A stretch of 64,000 nt of DNA from Mobula hypostoma (taxonomy: Eukaryota): positions 204,788,001 to 204,852,000 of the forward strand of contig NC_086100.1 of assembly GCF_963921235.1 (NCBI RefSeq), written 5' to 3'. A program made the position numbers and the translations under genes. The notes under the pieces were generated by a model. That model was not told the DNA's origin. It saw only the letters and a program-made list of their open reading frames with translations, and searched no databases. Below are positions 1-12,575 of this stretch, piece after piece; positions within the stretch are counted from its first letter, which is position 1, and each line of letters begins with the position of its first letter.

Positions 1-285
1 TCCTGTCATCCTTTTGTTCTTCACATAATTGAAGAATGCCTTGGGGTTTTACTTTACCCTACTCACCAAGGCCATCGCATGCCCCCTTCTTGCTCTTCTC
101 AGCCCCTTCTTAAGCTCTTTTCTTGCTTCCCTATATTCCTCAATAGACCCATCTGATCCTTGTTTCTTAAACCTCATGTATGCTGCCTTCTTCCACCTGA
201 CTAGATTTTCAGCCTCACTTGTCACCCATGTTTCCTTCACCCTACCATTCTTTATCTTCCTCACTGGGTCAAATTTATCCCTAAC
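1..285 (-). mobile_element. CR1 LINE fragment (family A, ORF2 linker region)
   Basis: ORF 49..264 (RKIKNGRVKETWVTSEAENLVRWKK) nearly identical to the CR1 ORF at 37919-38338. Confidence 0.85.
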
Positions 286-289
286 ATAT

Positions 290-980
290 ACATAAAAATC
301 TTTATGTTACGTCTCTGTCTAAATGTGCAATGTATAGTTATTTTTAATAAATAGTACATACAGCAGAACAGTCAATATAACATAAAAATACAATTGTATC
401 AACATGAAATCAGTCTGATGGCCTAGTGGAAGGAGCTGTCCCAGAGCCTGTTGTCCTGGCTTTTAAGCTGCAATATTGTTTCCCGGATGGTATAAGCTGG
501 AACCATTTGTGGTTGGGGTGACAGGCCCCCAATAATCCTTTGGGCCATTTTTCCACAACTGTCTCTGTAAACGTCCTGAATAGTGGGAAGTTCACATCTA
601 CAGATGCGCTGGGCTGTCTGCACCACAATCTGCAGAGTCCTGTGACTGAGGGAAGTACAATTCCCATACCAGGCAGTGATGCAGCGAGTCAGGATGCTCT
701 CAGTTGTGCCCCTGTAGAAAGTTCTTAGGATTTTGGGGCCCATGCCAAACTTCTTCAACCGTCTGAGGTGAAAGAGGCGCTGCTGTGCTTTTTTCACAAC
801 ACAGCAGGTATGTACAGACCAGGTGAGATCGTTAGTGGTGTTTATGCCGATGAAATTGAAGCTGTTCACCCTTTCAACCCCAGATATCAATAGGGGTGAG
901 CCTGTCTCCATTCCTCCTGTAGTCTACAAGCAGGTCCTTTGTTTTTGTGACATTGAGGGAGATTTTGTTTTCTTGACACC
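290..980 (-). mobile_element. Rex1/Babar-type non-LTR retrotransposon, 3' portion
   Basis: ORF 423..911 VERVNSFNFIG...KKAQQRLFHLRRLKKF...ESILTRCITAWYGNC is the typical Rex1 RT C-terminus; AT-rich 3' UTR follows. Confidence 0.8.
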
Positions 981-984
981 AGAC

Positions 985-3460
985 TGATGTTGCTCAGACC
1001 TTGGACAAAGTCAGGAATCAAAAGGTTGAGCATGGTGCAGTGACCGTCCTAAGCTGTGTATATCATAATGCAAGAAGTATCGTAGGAAAGCCAGATGAGT
1101 TCAGGGCATGGAAGTATGATATTTTAGCCATTACTGGGACAAGGTTGCATCCAACAGTCTGAGGCATTTAGAGGAACATATAGGTAGGGAGATTGCAGAC
1201 TTTGCCAAGAAACAAATGTTGATATAGTAAGCGATTTTAATTTTTCATATATTGACTGGGACTCCCATACTCTAAAAGGATCAGATGGGGTACAGTTTGT
1301 CAAATGGGCCCTCAGTCAGTACACAATTCCTGACAAAGAAGTGTGCAATAAGCTGTTAGGAGATGATCCAGGGCTGGTGACAGAAATTAGTGTATGGGAA
1401 CACTTTGCATCTGGTGATCACAATGACATGAGATTCCAAGTAAATATGGAAAAAGAGAGGTCAAGACCACGGGTTGAGATTCTGAATTGGAGAAAGGTCA
1501 ATTTTGATGGTATCAGAAAGGATCTGACAAGTGTGGTTTGGGACAGGCTGTTTTCTGGCAAAGGAGTACTTGGTAAGTGGGAGTTCTTCAGAAGTGAAGT
1601 CTAGTTTGTATGTGCCCGTCAAAATAAAAGTTGAATGGTAGCTGGTGCAGAAAATCTTGGTTTTCAAGAGATATTGAGGCCCCGCATATTTTGTTCCTCT
1701 AAATACGTCAGGCTGTTGGGCACAACCAATACTCATTAATGACTGCAATATCATAATTCCATGCCTTGAGCTCATCCGACTTTTTTTTCAGTCGTCTTCT
1801 ACTGGCTTTTAAAAGCTTCCCAATATTTCAGCCGCCATTGTGTCCTCCTGCCTTTCCAATGCTTCCACTTATTTGGGATGTATCTATCACTCAGTTCCCC
1901 AATTGCTCCCAGAAACTCCAGCCATTGCTGCTCCGTTGTCATTCCTATCAGTTTCCTCTTCCAATCAAGTTTGGCCAGCTTTTCTGTCACAGAAACATGG
2001 AGAAGTTCAGTACAGAAACATGCCATTCAGCCCATCTAGTCAATGCTGAAAACATTCAGCTGTCTAATGCAAAGATCTGCACCGGGACCATCACCCTTCA
2101 TACCCCTACCATCCAGGTACCTATCCAAACTTCTCTTAAATGGTGAAACCGAGCTAATATTCATCACTTGTGCTGGCATCTCATTCCACATTCTCACAAT
2201 CAATTCAGTGAAGAGGTTTTGCACGTGTTCCCGTTAAATTTTCGTTAAATGGGGAAGCCACTTACCCATGACATCTGGTCATCATCCCACCCAACCTCAG
2301 TGGAAAAAGAACTGCTTGCATTTACCCTATCTATACCCTCATAATTTTGTATACTTCCAAAATATCCTCAAAGCAATGTATAATTTCCTTGTTTATGCTT
2401 AGAGCGTTTTTTAGGTGTATAAGGTGATGGGGGGCATTGATCGTGTGGATAGCCAGAGGCTTTTCCCAGGGCTGAAATGGCTAACACAAGGGGGCATATT
2501 TTTAAGGTGCTTGGAAATAGGTACCAAGGGGATGTCAGGGGTAAGTTTTTCACTCAGAGAGTGGTGAGTGCATGGAATGCATTGCCAGCGGTGGTGGCCG
2601 AGGCAGATACAACAGGGTCTTTTAAGAACCTCTTAGATAGGTACATGGAGCTTAGAAAAAAAGAGGTTTATGCACTAGGGAAATTCTAGGCAGTTTCTAG
2701 AGTAAGTTACATGGTCGGCACAATGTTATGGGCTGAAGGGCCTGTGATGTGCTGTAGATTTCTATGCTCTATGTTCTATTTTAAACAGCAAAACAACATT
2801 GGCTGTTCTCCAATCCTCTGGCACCTCCCTCTGTCACCAACGATGATTTAATTATCTCTGCTGGGGGCCGCGACAATTTCTGCAGCTGCCTCCCATAGTG
2901 TCCGAGGAAGCACCTTGTCATGCCCCAGAGATTTATCCACCCCAATCTGCCTCAGGATAGCAACCACCTCCTCTTCTTTAATCTGTACAGAGTCCACAAC
3001 GTTAATGCCACTTTCCCACACTTCCATAGACTCTGTGTCCATCTCCTGAGTAAATACAGGTGAAGAAAATATTTAAGAGCTCCCCCATCTGCTTTGTTTC
3101 CACACATGGATTACCATTCTGGTCTTCCAGAAGACCAGCTTTGTCCCTTGCAATCCTTTTGCTCTCAATCTATCTCTAAAATCTCTTAGGATTCTCCTTC
3201 ATCTTTTCTTCTACTACGGCAACCTCATGCCTTCCTTTAGCCATCCTGATTTATTTCTTATGCATTCTCTTGCATTTCTTATACTCCATAAGAACCTGCC
3301 TTCCTATCTCTGTTATGCAACTCCATTTTGTGTTTCACCGGGGTTTCAATATCTCTTGAAAACCAAGTTCCCTACAGTTTTCATCTTTACCTTTTATTCT
3401 GACAAGCACATACCCGCTTTGTACTTTCAAAATTTCATTTTGAAGGCCTCCCACTTACGT
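985..3460. mobile_element. Mosaic of old degenerate CR1 fragments (+ 985-1775, - 1780-2360, + 2405-2780, - 2800-3460)
   Basis: Broken CR1 motifs (GDHNDMRF, FTQRVVSAWNALP, DKSLGHDKVLPRTL) and TTCTATG-type tails. Confidence 0.7.
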
Positions 3461-4815
3461 AGAACATAGAACATAGAATAGTACAGTACAGTACAGGCCC
3501 TTTGGCCCACAATGTTGTACTGACCCTCAAACCCTGCCTTCCATATAAGCCCCCACCTTAAATTCCTCCATATACCTGTCTAGTAATCTCTTAAATTTCA
3601 CTAGTGTATCTGCCTCCACCACTGACTCAGGCAGTGCATTCCACGCACCAACCACTCTCTGAGTAAAAAACCTTCCTCTAATATCCCACCCCTTACGTTA
3701 AAGCCATGACCTCTTGTACTGAGCAGTGGTGCCTTGGGGAAGAGGCGCTGGCTATCCACTCTATCTATTCCTCTTATTATCTTGTACACCTCTATCGTGT
3801 CTCCTCTCATCCTCCTTCTCTCCAAAGAGTAAAGCCCGAGCTCCCTTAATCTCTGATCATAAACCAGGCAGCATCCTGGTAAATCTCCTCTGTACCCTTT
3901 CCAATGCTTCCACATCCTTCCTATAGTGAGGCGACCAGAACTGGATGCAGTACTCCAAGTGTGGCCTAACAAGAGTTTTATAGAGCTGCATCATTACATC
4001 GCGACTCTTAAACTCTATCCCTCGACTTACGAAAGCTAACACCCCATAAGCTTTCTTAACTACCCTATCCACCTGTGAGGCAACTTTCAGGGATCTACGG
4101 ACATGTACCCCTAGATCCCTCTGCTCCTCCACAGTACCAAGTATCCTGCCATTTACTTTTGTACTCTGCCTTGGAGTTTGTCCATCCAAAGTGTACCAGC
4201 TCACACTTCTCCAGGTTGAACTCCATCTGCCATTTCTCAACCCATTTCTGCATCCTATCAATGTCTCTCTGTAATCTTCGACAGTCCTCTACACTAGTGG
4301 TCACCAACCCGTCGATTGCGATCGACCGGTCGATCTTTGAGACTTTCCCAGGAGATCCCGAAGAAAAATCAAAAATAAATACACAAATACTGTTGTAATG
4401 TGAGCATTATAAAAGTAAGTAATACTAATTAGGATAATGGTAATATAACAATATTTTCACTAAAAAGCTGTTTGTAAAGAGAGATTGTTTCTGGGTTGCG
4501 GGGGTTTAGTTCCGTTCTTTCTGCCCAGTGCGCATGTGTGTAGTTCCCTCGCCATGCACCGCGTTTTCAGCGTAGCCTGTGCTGCATCAAAGTGACCAAT
4601 CAGATTAGGTAACAGTACAGACTGTCACAAACATCAATATACGGCAGTGTCCCCAACCTCCGGGCTGCGAAGCATGCAGGGTTGCAGCGGTAGTCGGGAT
4701 GTGCACAGCACACCTTTAAGAAAAAAAGCCGAAATAAACAAGCTAATTAATTAGGTGAATATCGGCTCAGATCAGAGGCGGCGCAATCGGCACTCGCTCG
4801 TGATACCCTGATAGC

Positions 4816-6256
4816 ATGGCGGAGGCTCCACGAAAGAAGGCAAAAACATACAAATTCCATCCAGAATAAGAAGAGGAATTTCTATTTCCCTTGGTGAAAG
4901 ACAAGTGTGTATGTATGTTGTGCCAGCAAACACAAGCACTGACTAAAAGAGAGAATCTGGAGCGGCACCACAACACCAACCACCAGGAATTTAAAGACAC
5001 CTACCCTCCAGAGAGCACAATTCGTGCCGGGAAAGTTGAGGAGCTGAAATCGGGGTTGAAGGCCCAGCAATCGTTTTTCACAAATCATGCTGCTCAAAAT
5101 AAGGCTGCTATTGAAGCATCATTTCATGTAAGTCACCTTTTGGCGAAACAGAAGAAGCCTTTTACAGATGGCGATTTATTCAAGGAAGCAATGGCCACCA
5201 CACACCACAGAGACTATTTTTAATGACTTTAGAAACAAAAACAGCATCACAACCGCAATAAGTAATATACCGCTTGGCCCTGCAACAGTAACAAGGAGGG
5301 TAGAGTCACTGTCAGAGGACGTGGATTGACAAGTGTTAAAGTATTTGTCACTCTGTGAATATTTTTCACTACAGTTCGATGAATCCCTGGATGTAATACA
5401 AACAGCTCAGCATGTTGTATTTGTCAGAATGGCTTTCCAGGATTTTACAACAAAGGAGGGCTTCCTCACTCTTTTGCAATTAAAGGAGAGAACTAGAGGT
5501 GAGGATATTTACAATGAGTTTAAAAATATGTCTGTGAAAATAACATCCCCATTCATAAACTGGTGGCAATTACTACTGATGGGGCCGAGCAATGCGCGGT
5601 GTGCACGTTGGTTTTATAGCAATAAAAGTCAGTGCCTACTTCAGGTTAACTTATCTATGTGAAATTGCATTTTCACAGATGAAAATTATTACATCTAAGT
5701 ACAGGAGCTGACTTACTGACAGACACCTCACTAGGGTTGCCAATTTTCTCACTCCCAAATAAGGGACAAAAGTAGTAGTCAAATCCCGGGACATCTGCGT
5801 TTACCCCGTAAAGACTACCATGACCATGAAGCCTTGCACGGGCACCAGTGTGCGCATGCGTGATGTGCCGATTTTTTTTTACCCCACGAATCAGTTTTGG
5901 CTTAATTTTCATTATTTCTACTTTATATAGGCTGTGTATTTATCATATCATTTCTGCTTTTACTATATGTTACTGTTATTTTAGGTTTTATGTGTTATTT
6001 GGTATGATTTGCTAGGTTATTTTTTTGGGTCTTGGAACGCTCAAAATTTTTTTTCATATAAGTTAATGGTAATTGCTTCTTTGGTGTAAAGCATTTCGGC
6101 ACAAAAGGTTTCATAGGAACGTTCTACTTTAGCGGGGGAAATACGGGACAGCTGGCAACCCTACACCTCACAGACTGTCTCAGACTGGCTGTCTGTAGTT
6201 ATGAGCAAAATTTCAGGGAACTAGCAGAAAGTATTCAGCCCCAGTCATAACACTGA
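4816..6256 (+). pseudogene. Disrupted hAT transposase (GTF2IRD2/SPIN-like)
   Basis: BED-like CVCMLC...NLERHHNTNH, KKPFTDGDLFKEAM, FSLQFDESLD catalytic block, C-terminal LTDRHLTDCLRLAV dimerisation motif; stops, frameshifts and a large deletion. Confidence 0.85.
5732..6163. mobile_element. hAT-type MITE nested in the transposase
   Basis: TIRs TAGGGTTGCCA / TGGCAACCCTA; 8-bp TSD CACCTCAC (5724-5731, 6164-6171). Confidence 0.92.
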
Positions 6257-7305
6257 GTGCAACCGTCAATTTTTATTCATTTATTTTTCGTGTTGAAATA
6301 AAATTAAATAATGAAACTTAGAATTAAAGGTGTGAAGTATTGTAATATTCTTAAAGAAAGACAGCTATGGCCTGTTTGATATGCCAGTTACAGTGTTTTC
6401 TTGTTTGAATTAATTTGAAAGTTTGACAAAAGTATTTTCTGTAATTCAAATACAATTCACCCAAATAAAAGGCCTCAAATTGGAAGTACAATCTGAGCTG
6501 TTTTTCCTCTAAACGATTTAGTAGGTAGATCTTGCCTTTCACTGAGGTAGAGGTAGGGGATCTTGGGCTTAGAAAGGTTGGTGACCACTACTCTACACTA
6601 TCTACAACACCACCAACCTTTGTGTCGTCTGCAAACTCGCCAACCCACCCTTCTACCCCCACATCCAGGTCGTTAATAAAAATCATGAAAAGTAGAGGTC
6701 CCAGAACAGATCCTTGTGGGACACCACTAGTCACAATCCTCCAATATGAATGTACTCCCTCCACCACCACCCTCTGCCTTCTGCAGGAAAGCCAATTCTG
6801 AATCCACCTGGCCAAACTTCCCTGGATCCCATGCCTATTGACTTTCTGAATAAGCCTACCGTGTGGAACCTTGTCAAATGCCTTACTAAAATCCATATAG
6901 ATCACATCCACTGCACTACCCTCATCTATATGCCTGGTCACCTCCTCAAAGAACTCTATCAGGCTTGTTAGACACGATCTGCCCTTCACAAAGCCATGCT
7001 GACTGTCCCTGATCAGACCATGATTCTCTAAATGCCCATAGATCCTATCTCTAGGAATCTTTTCCAACAGCTTTCCCACCACAGACGTAAGGCTCACTGG
7101 TCTATAATTACCCGGACTATCCCTACTACCTTTTTTGAACAAGGGGACAACATTCGCCTCCCTCCAATCCTCCAGTACCATTCCCATGGACAACAAGGAC
7201 ATAAAGATCCTAGCCAGAGGCTCAGCAATCTCTTCCCTCGCCTCGTGGAGCAGCCTGGGGAATACTCCGTCAGGCCCTGGGGACTTATCCATCCTAATGT
7301 ATTTA

Positions 7306-10300
7306 GGGAATCAAATTAAAGAGACTAGGAGAGAGGAAGTTAGTTCACAACAGGGGGATGGGAACCAGTGCAGAGAAACAGAGGGGTGTAAAATGAGGGT
7401 AGAAGCAAAAAGTAGTAAGGTGAAAAGTAAAAGAGGCAGGCCAGCAAATCCAGGGCAAAAATCAAAAAGGGCCACTTTTCAACATAATTGTATAAGGGCT
7501 AAGAGTGTTATAAAAGCGAGCCTGAAGGCTTTGTGTGTCAATGCAAGGAGCATTCGTAACAAGCTGGATGAATTAAAAGTGCAGATTGTTATTAATTAAT
7601 ATGATATAGTTCGGATCACAGAGTCATGGCTCCAGGGTGACGAAGGATGAGAGCTCAACATTCAGGGATATTCAATATTCTGGAGGGACAGACATGAAAG
7701 AAAAGGAGGTGGGTAGCATTGCTGGTTAGAGAGGGATTAACACAATGGAAAGGAAGGACATTAGCCGGGAGGATGTGGAATGGATATAGGTAGAGCTACA
7801 TAACACTAAGGGGCAGAAAACGCTGGTGGGAGTTGTGTACAGGCCACCTAACAGTAGTAGTGAGGTTGGGGATGGTATTAAACAGAAAATTAGAAATGTT
7901 TGCAACAAAGGAACAGCAGTTATAATGGGTGACTTCAATCTACATATGGAAATTGGTAAGGGTGCTGAGGAAGAGGATTTCTTGGAATGTATATGGGATG
8001 GTTTTTTGAACCAACATGTCGAGGAACCAACTAGAGAGCAGGCTATTCTAGACTGGGTATTGAGCAATGAGGAGGGGTTAATTAGCAATCTTGTCGTGAG
8101 AGGCCCCTTGGGTAAGAGTGACCATAATATGGTGGAATTCTTCATTAAGATGGAGTGACATAGTTAATTCAGAAACAAAGGCTCTGAACTCAAAGAAGGG
8201 TAACTTTGAAGGTATGAGACGTGAATTAGCTAAGATAGACTGGCAAATGACACTTAAAGGGTTGACGACGGATATGCAATGGCAAGCATTTAAAGATCGT
8301 ATGGATGAACTACAACAATTGTTCATCCCAGTTTGGCAAAAGAATAAATCAAGGAAGGTAGTGCACCCGCGGCTGACAAGGGAAATTAGGGCTAGTATCA
8401 ATTCCAAACAAGAAGCATACAAATTAGCCAGAGAAAGTGGCTCACCTGAGGACTGGGAGAAATTCAGAGTCCAGCAGAGGAGGACAAGGGGCTTAATTAG
8501 GAAGGGGAAAAAAGATTATGAGAGAAAACTGGCAGGAAACATAAAAACTGACTGTAAAAGTTTTTATAGATATGTGAAAAGAAAAAGATTGGTTAAGACA
8601 AATATAGGTCCCCTACAGACAGAAACAGGTGAATTGATTATGGGGAGCAAGGTCATGGCAGACCAATTGAATAACTACTTTGGTTCTGTCTTCACTAAGG
8701 AGGACATAAATAATCTTCCGGAAATAGTAGGGGACAGAGTGTCCAGTGAGATGGAGGAACTGAGGGAAATACATGTTAGTAGGGAAGTGGTGTTAGGTAA
8801 ATTGAAGGGATTAAAGGCAGATAAATCCCCAGGGCTAGATGGTCTGCATCCCAGAGTGCTTAAGGAAGTAGCCCAAGAAATAGTGGATGCATTAGTGATA
8901 ATTTTTCAAAACTCTTTAGATTCTGGACTAGTTCCTGAGGATTGGAGGGTGCTTTTTAAAAAAGGAGGGAGAGAGAAACCGGGGAATTATAGACCGGTTA
9001 GCCGAACATCGGTGATGGGGAAAATGCTAGAGTCAGTTATCAAAGATGTGATAACAGCACATTTGGAAAGTGGTGAAATCATCGGACAGAGTCAGCATGG
9101 ATTTGTGAAAGGAAAATCATGTCTGAAGAATCTCATAGAATTTTCTGAGGATGTAACTAGTAGAATGGATAGGGGAGAACCAGTAGATGTGGTATATTTG
9201 GATTTTCAGAACGCTTTTGACGAGGTCCCACACAGGAGATTAGTGTGCAAACTTAAAGCACACAGTATTGGGGGTAAGGTATTGATGTGGATAGAGAATT
9301 GGTTGGCGGACAGGAAGCAAAGAGTGGGAATAAACGGGACCTTTTCAGAATGGCAGGCAGTGACTAGTGGGGTACCGCAAGGCTCAGTGCTGGGACCTCA
9401 GTTGTTTACAATATATATTAATGACTTAGATGAGGGAATTAAATGCAGCATCTCCAAGTTTGCGGATGACACGAAGCTGGGCGGCAGTGTTAGCTGTGAG
9501 GAGGATGCTAAGAGGATGCAGGGTGACTTGGATAGGTGAGGTCAGTGGGCTAATTCATGGCAGATGCAATTTAATGTGGATAAATGTGAGGTTATCCAGT
9601 TTGGTGACAAAAACAGGAAAACAGATTATTATCTGAATGGTGGCCGATTAGGAAAAGGGGAGATGCAACGAGACCTGGGTGTCATTATACACCAGTCATT
9701 GAAAGTGGGCATGCAGGTACAGCAGGCGGTGAAAAAGGCAAATGGTATGCTGACATTCATAGCAAGAGGATTCGAGTACAGGAACAGGGAGGTACTACTG
9801 CAGTTGTACAAGGCCTTGGTGAGACCACACCTGGAGTATTGTGTGCAGTTTTGGTCCCCTAATCTGAGGAAAGACATCCTTGCCATAGAGGGAGTACAAA
9901 GAAGGTTCACCAGATTGATTCCTGGGATGGCAGGACTTTCATATGATGAAAGACTGGATCATCTGGGCTTATACTCACTGGGATTTAGAGAAGATTGAGG
10001 GGGAATCTCATTGAAATGTATAAAATCCTCAAAGGATTGGACAGGCCAGATGCAGGAAGATTGTTCTCGATGTTGGGGAAGTCCAGAATGCAGGGTCACA
10101 GTTTGAGGATAAAGGGGAAGCCTTTTAGGACCGAGATTAGGAAAAACTTCTTCACACAGAGAGGGGTGAATCAGTGGAATTCTCTGCCACAGGAAACAGT
10201 TGAGGCCAGTCATTGGCTATATTTAAGAGGGAGTTAGATATGGCCCTTGTGGCTAAAGGGATCAGGGGGTATGGAGGGAAGGCTGGTACAGGGTTCTGAG

Positions 10301-10400
10301 TTGGATGATCAGCCATGATCATACTAAATGGCGGTGCAGGCTTGAAGGGCCGAATAGCCTACTGCTGCACCTATTTTCTATGTTTTCTACATTTTCTATG
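7306..10400 (+). mobile_element. 5'-truncated CR1 (family B) inserted antisense into a family A CR1
   Basis: APE motifs (LCVNARSIRNK, MGDFN, SDHNM), RT ORF 8118..9539 (QGSVLGP, FADD), TTTCTATG tail; host site CCTAATGTATTT|TAACAACTCC reconstructed from the copy near 38465. Confidence 0.93.
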
Positions 10401-10629
10401 TTAACAACTCCAACACCTCCTCTCCCTTAATATCAACATGCTCCAGAACATCAACCTCACTCATATTGTCCTCACCATCATCAAGTTCCCTCATCTGTGA
10501 ATACCGAAGAGAAGTATTCATTGAGGACCTCGCTCACATCCACAGCCTCCAGGCACATCTTCCCACCTTTATCTCTAATCGGTCCTACCTTCACTCCTGA
10601 CATCCTTTTTTCCTGCATATAATTACCAA

Positions 10630-10930
10630 GCACTCCTTTGACATAAAGAGCCTGTCCCAGTCCACAGTTGCCACGTCCTAGTGTCATAATTCCAGGTGTT
10701 GATCCATACCCTGAATACATCTGCCTTTCCTACGCTGCTCCTTGTATTGAAATATACAGGGCACAGCATATTCACTGTACCATGCTCAACTTTTTCGTTT
10801 CAGACTTTCTCTGAGGTCTGAACAACAACTGTCTCCACAACCCCTCCACTATCTGTTCTGTTATGCAGGCTCCCATTCTCCCTGCAACTTTAGTTTAAAA
10901 CCCCACCGACCCCCACCTCCTACGTGCAGC
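10630..10930 (-). mobile_element. Old CR1 fragment spanning the ORF1/ORF2 junction
   Basis: Minus strand GGTTTTAAACTAAAGTTGCAGGGAG matches the junctions of the other CR1 copies. Confidence 0.6.
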
Positions 10931-11885
10931 TCTATCACCCCTTTGGCTTTCATCTCCCAGATCAATAAAAAGGAGGTGCATACCAGGTACAGGCAGATAG
11001 GAAGAAATGGGGTACTTATGAAGTACAGGAAATTCAAGTGAACACTTATGAAAGAAATAAAAGAAGGCATGAGGTTGCCCCAGCAGACAAGGTGAAGAAG
11101 AATCCTCAGGGCTTCTGCGGATATGTTAAGAGCAAAAAGATTGCAAGGGAAAATAATTAATCCTCTGGAAGATCAGAATGGTAATCCACATGAGGAGTCA
11201 AAATAGATGGGGGAGATTTTTTTTTGTATTTGTATTTACTCAGGAGATGGACAAGGAGTGCATAGAAGTGAGGCAAAGCAGCATCAAGTTCATTGACCCT
11301 GTATAGATTACAGAGGTGGAGGTGTTTGCTGTCTTAAGGCAAATTAGTGCGGATAAATCTCCAGGGCTTGACAAGTTGTTCCCTGGGACCCTGTGGAAGA
11401 CAAGTGCAGAAATTGTTGGGGCCCAAGCACAGTGACAGGTGAGGTACTGGAGGGCAGCCAGTGTTGTTCCCCTGTTCAAGAAAGGCTCTAAAAATAAACT
11501 AAGAAATTGTATGTTGGTGAACTTGACATCAGTAGGGGTAAAGTTATTGGAACGGATGTTCAGGATCCGGATATATAAGTATTTGGATAGATGTAGACTG
11601 ATTAAGGATAGGCAGCATGGCTTTGTGCATGGTAGGTCATGTCTAACCAGTGGATGAAGGCAAGGCAGTGGATGTTGTCTACATGGACTTTAGCAAGGCA
11701 CTTGACAAAGTCTCATATGGGAGGTTGGTCAAGAAGGTTCAGTCACTCAGCCTTCAAGATGAGACAGGAAATTGGATGAGACACTGGCTTTGAGAGAAGC
11801 CATAGAGTGCTAGCAGACTGTTGCCTCTCTGACTGCAGGCCTGTGACTAGTGGTTGCCGTAGCGATCAGTGCTGGATCTGTTATT

Positions 11886-12575
11886 ACACAAAATACTCTG
11901 CACATGCTGGGGTCAAAGCAACACTCACAACACGCTGGAGGAACTCAGCAGGTCAGGGAGCATTCATGGAAACGATCAGTCAACGTTTCTGGCCGGAACC
12001 CTTCGTCAGAACTGAAGGTGGTAGGGTAGAGGCCCTATAAAGAAGGTGTGGGGAGGGTGGGAAGGAGAAGGATGGTAGGTATCAGGTGAAATACCAGTAA
12101 ATGGAAAGATAAAGCGGTGCGGGAGGGCAAGCAGGGAGGTGCCTTAACCAATTTCCCCCTGGGATCAATAAAATATGACTATGACTATGTGATAGGCAGG
12201 AAAGGTGAAGAAAGAATAGGGGAAAACACAATGGGTAGTAGAAGGAGGCAGAACCATGAGGGAGGTGATAGGCAGCGGGGGGTGGGGGCAGAGTGAAATA
12301 GGGATGGGGGAAGGGAGGGGGAGGGAAGTACCGGAAGTTGGAGAATTCTATGTTCATACCAGGGGGCTGGCGACTTTCTAGACGGTATATGAGGTTTTGC
12401 TCTTCCAACCTGAGTTTAGCCTCATCATGGCAGTAGAGGAGGCCATGTATGGACATATCTGAATGGGAATGGGAAGCAGAGCTGAAGTGGGTGGCAACCA
12501 GGAGATCCTGTCTGTTGTGACGGACGGAGCAGAGGTGCTCCAAGAAGTGGTCCCCCAATCTGTGTTGGGTTTCAC
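11886..12575 (-). mobile_element. Penelope-like element, 3' part (GIY-YIG C-terminus + pLTR)
   Basis: ORF 12082..12591 ETQHRLGDHFLEH...VATHFSS...EEQNLIYRLESRQPPGMN; polypyrimidine pLTR; hammerhead motif. Confidence 0.85.
11977..12014 (-). ncRNA. Minimal type I hammerhead ribozyme motif
   Basis: CAGUU-CUGACGA-AGGGUUCCGGCCA-GAAA-CG-UU-GACUG; core intact, one stem II mismatch. Confidence 0.6.

Larger units (their letters stand above)
4295..6590 (+). mobile_element. hAT DNA transposon (Charlie/Buster/SPIN-like), internally deleted
   Basis: Perfect 15-bp TIRs TAGTGGTCACCAACC (4295-4309) / GGTTGGTGACCACTA (6576-6590); 8-bp TSD CTCTACAC (4287-4294, 6591-6598); empty site visible in the sister CR1 near 29833. 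Confidence 0.95.
3461..10625 (-). mobile_element. 5'-truncated CR1 (family A), host of nested hAT and CR1 insertions
   Basis: (AGAACAT)n tail at 3461; RT ORF 6588..7292 with [10 protein letters not shown] and FADD; sequence resumes colinearly after the insertions at 6591 and 10401. Confidence 0.9.

Noticed and set aside
4816..5662. Domesticated GTF2IRD2/ZBED-type host gene
   Set aside because: Lies between intact TIRs with a TSD and has stops, frameshifts and a deletion
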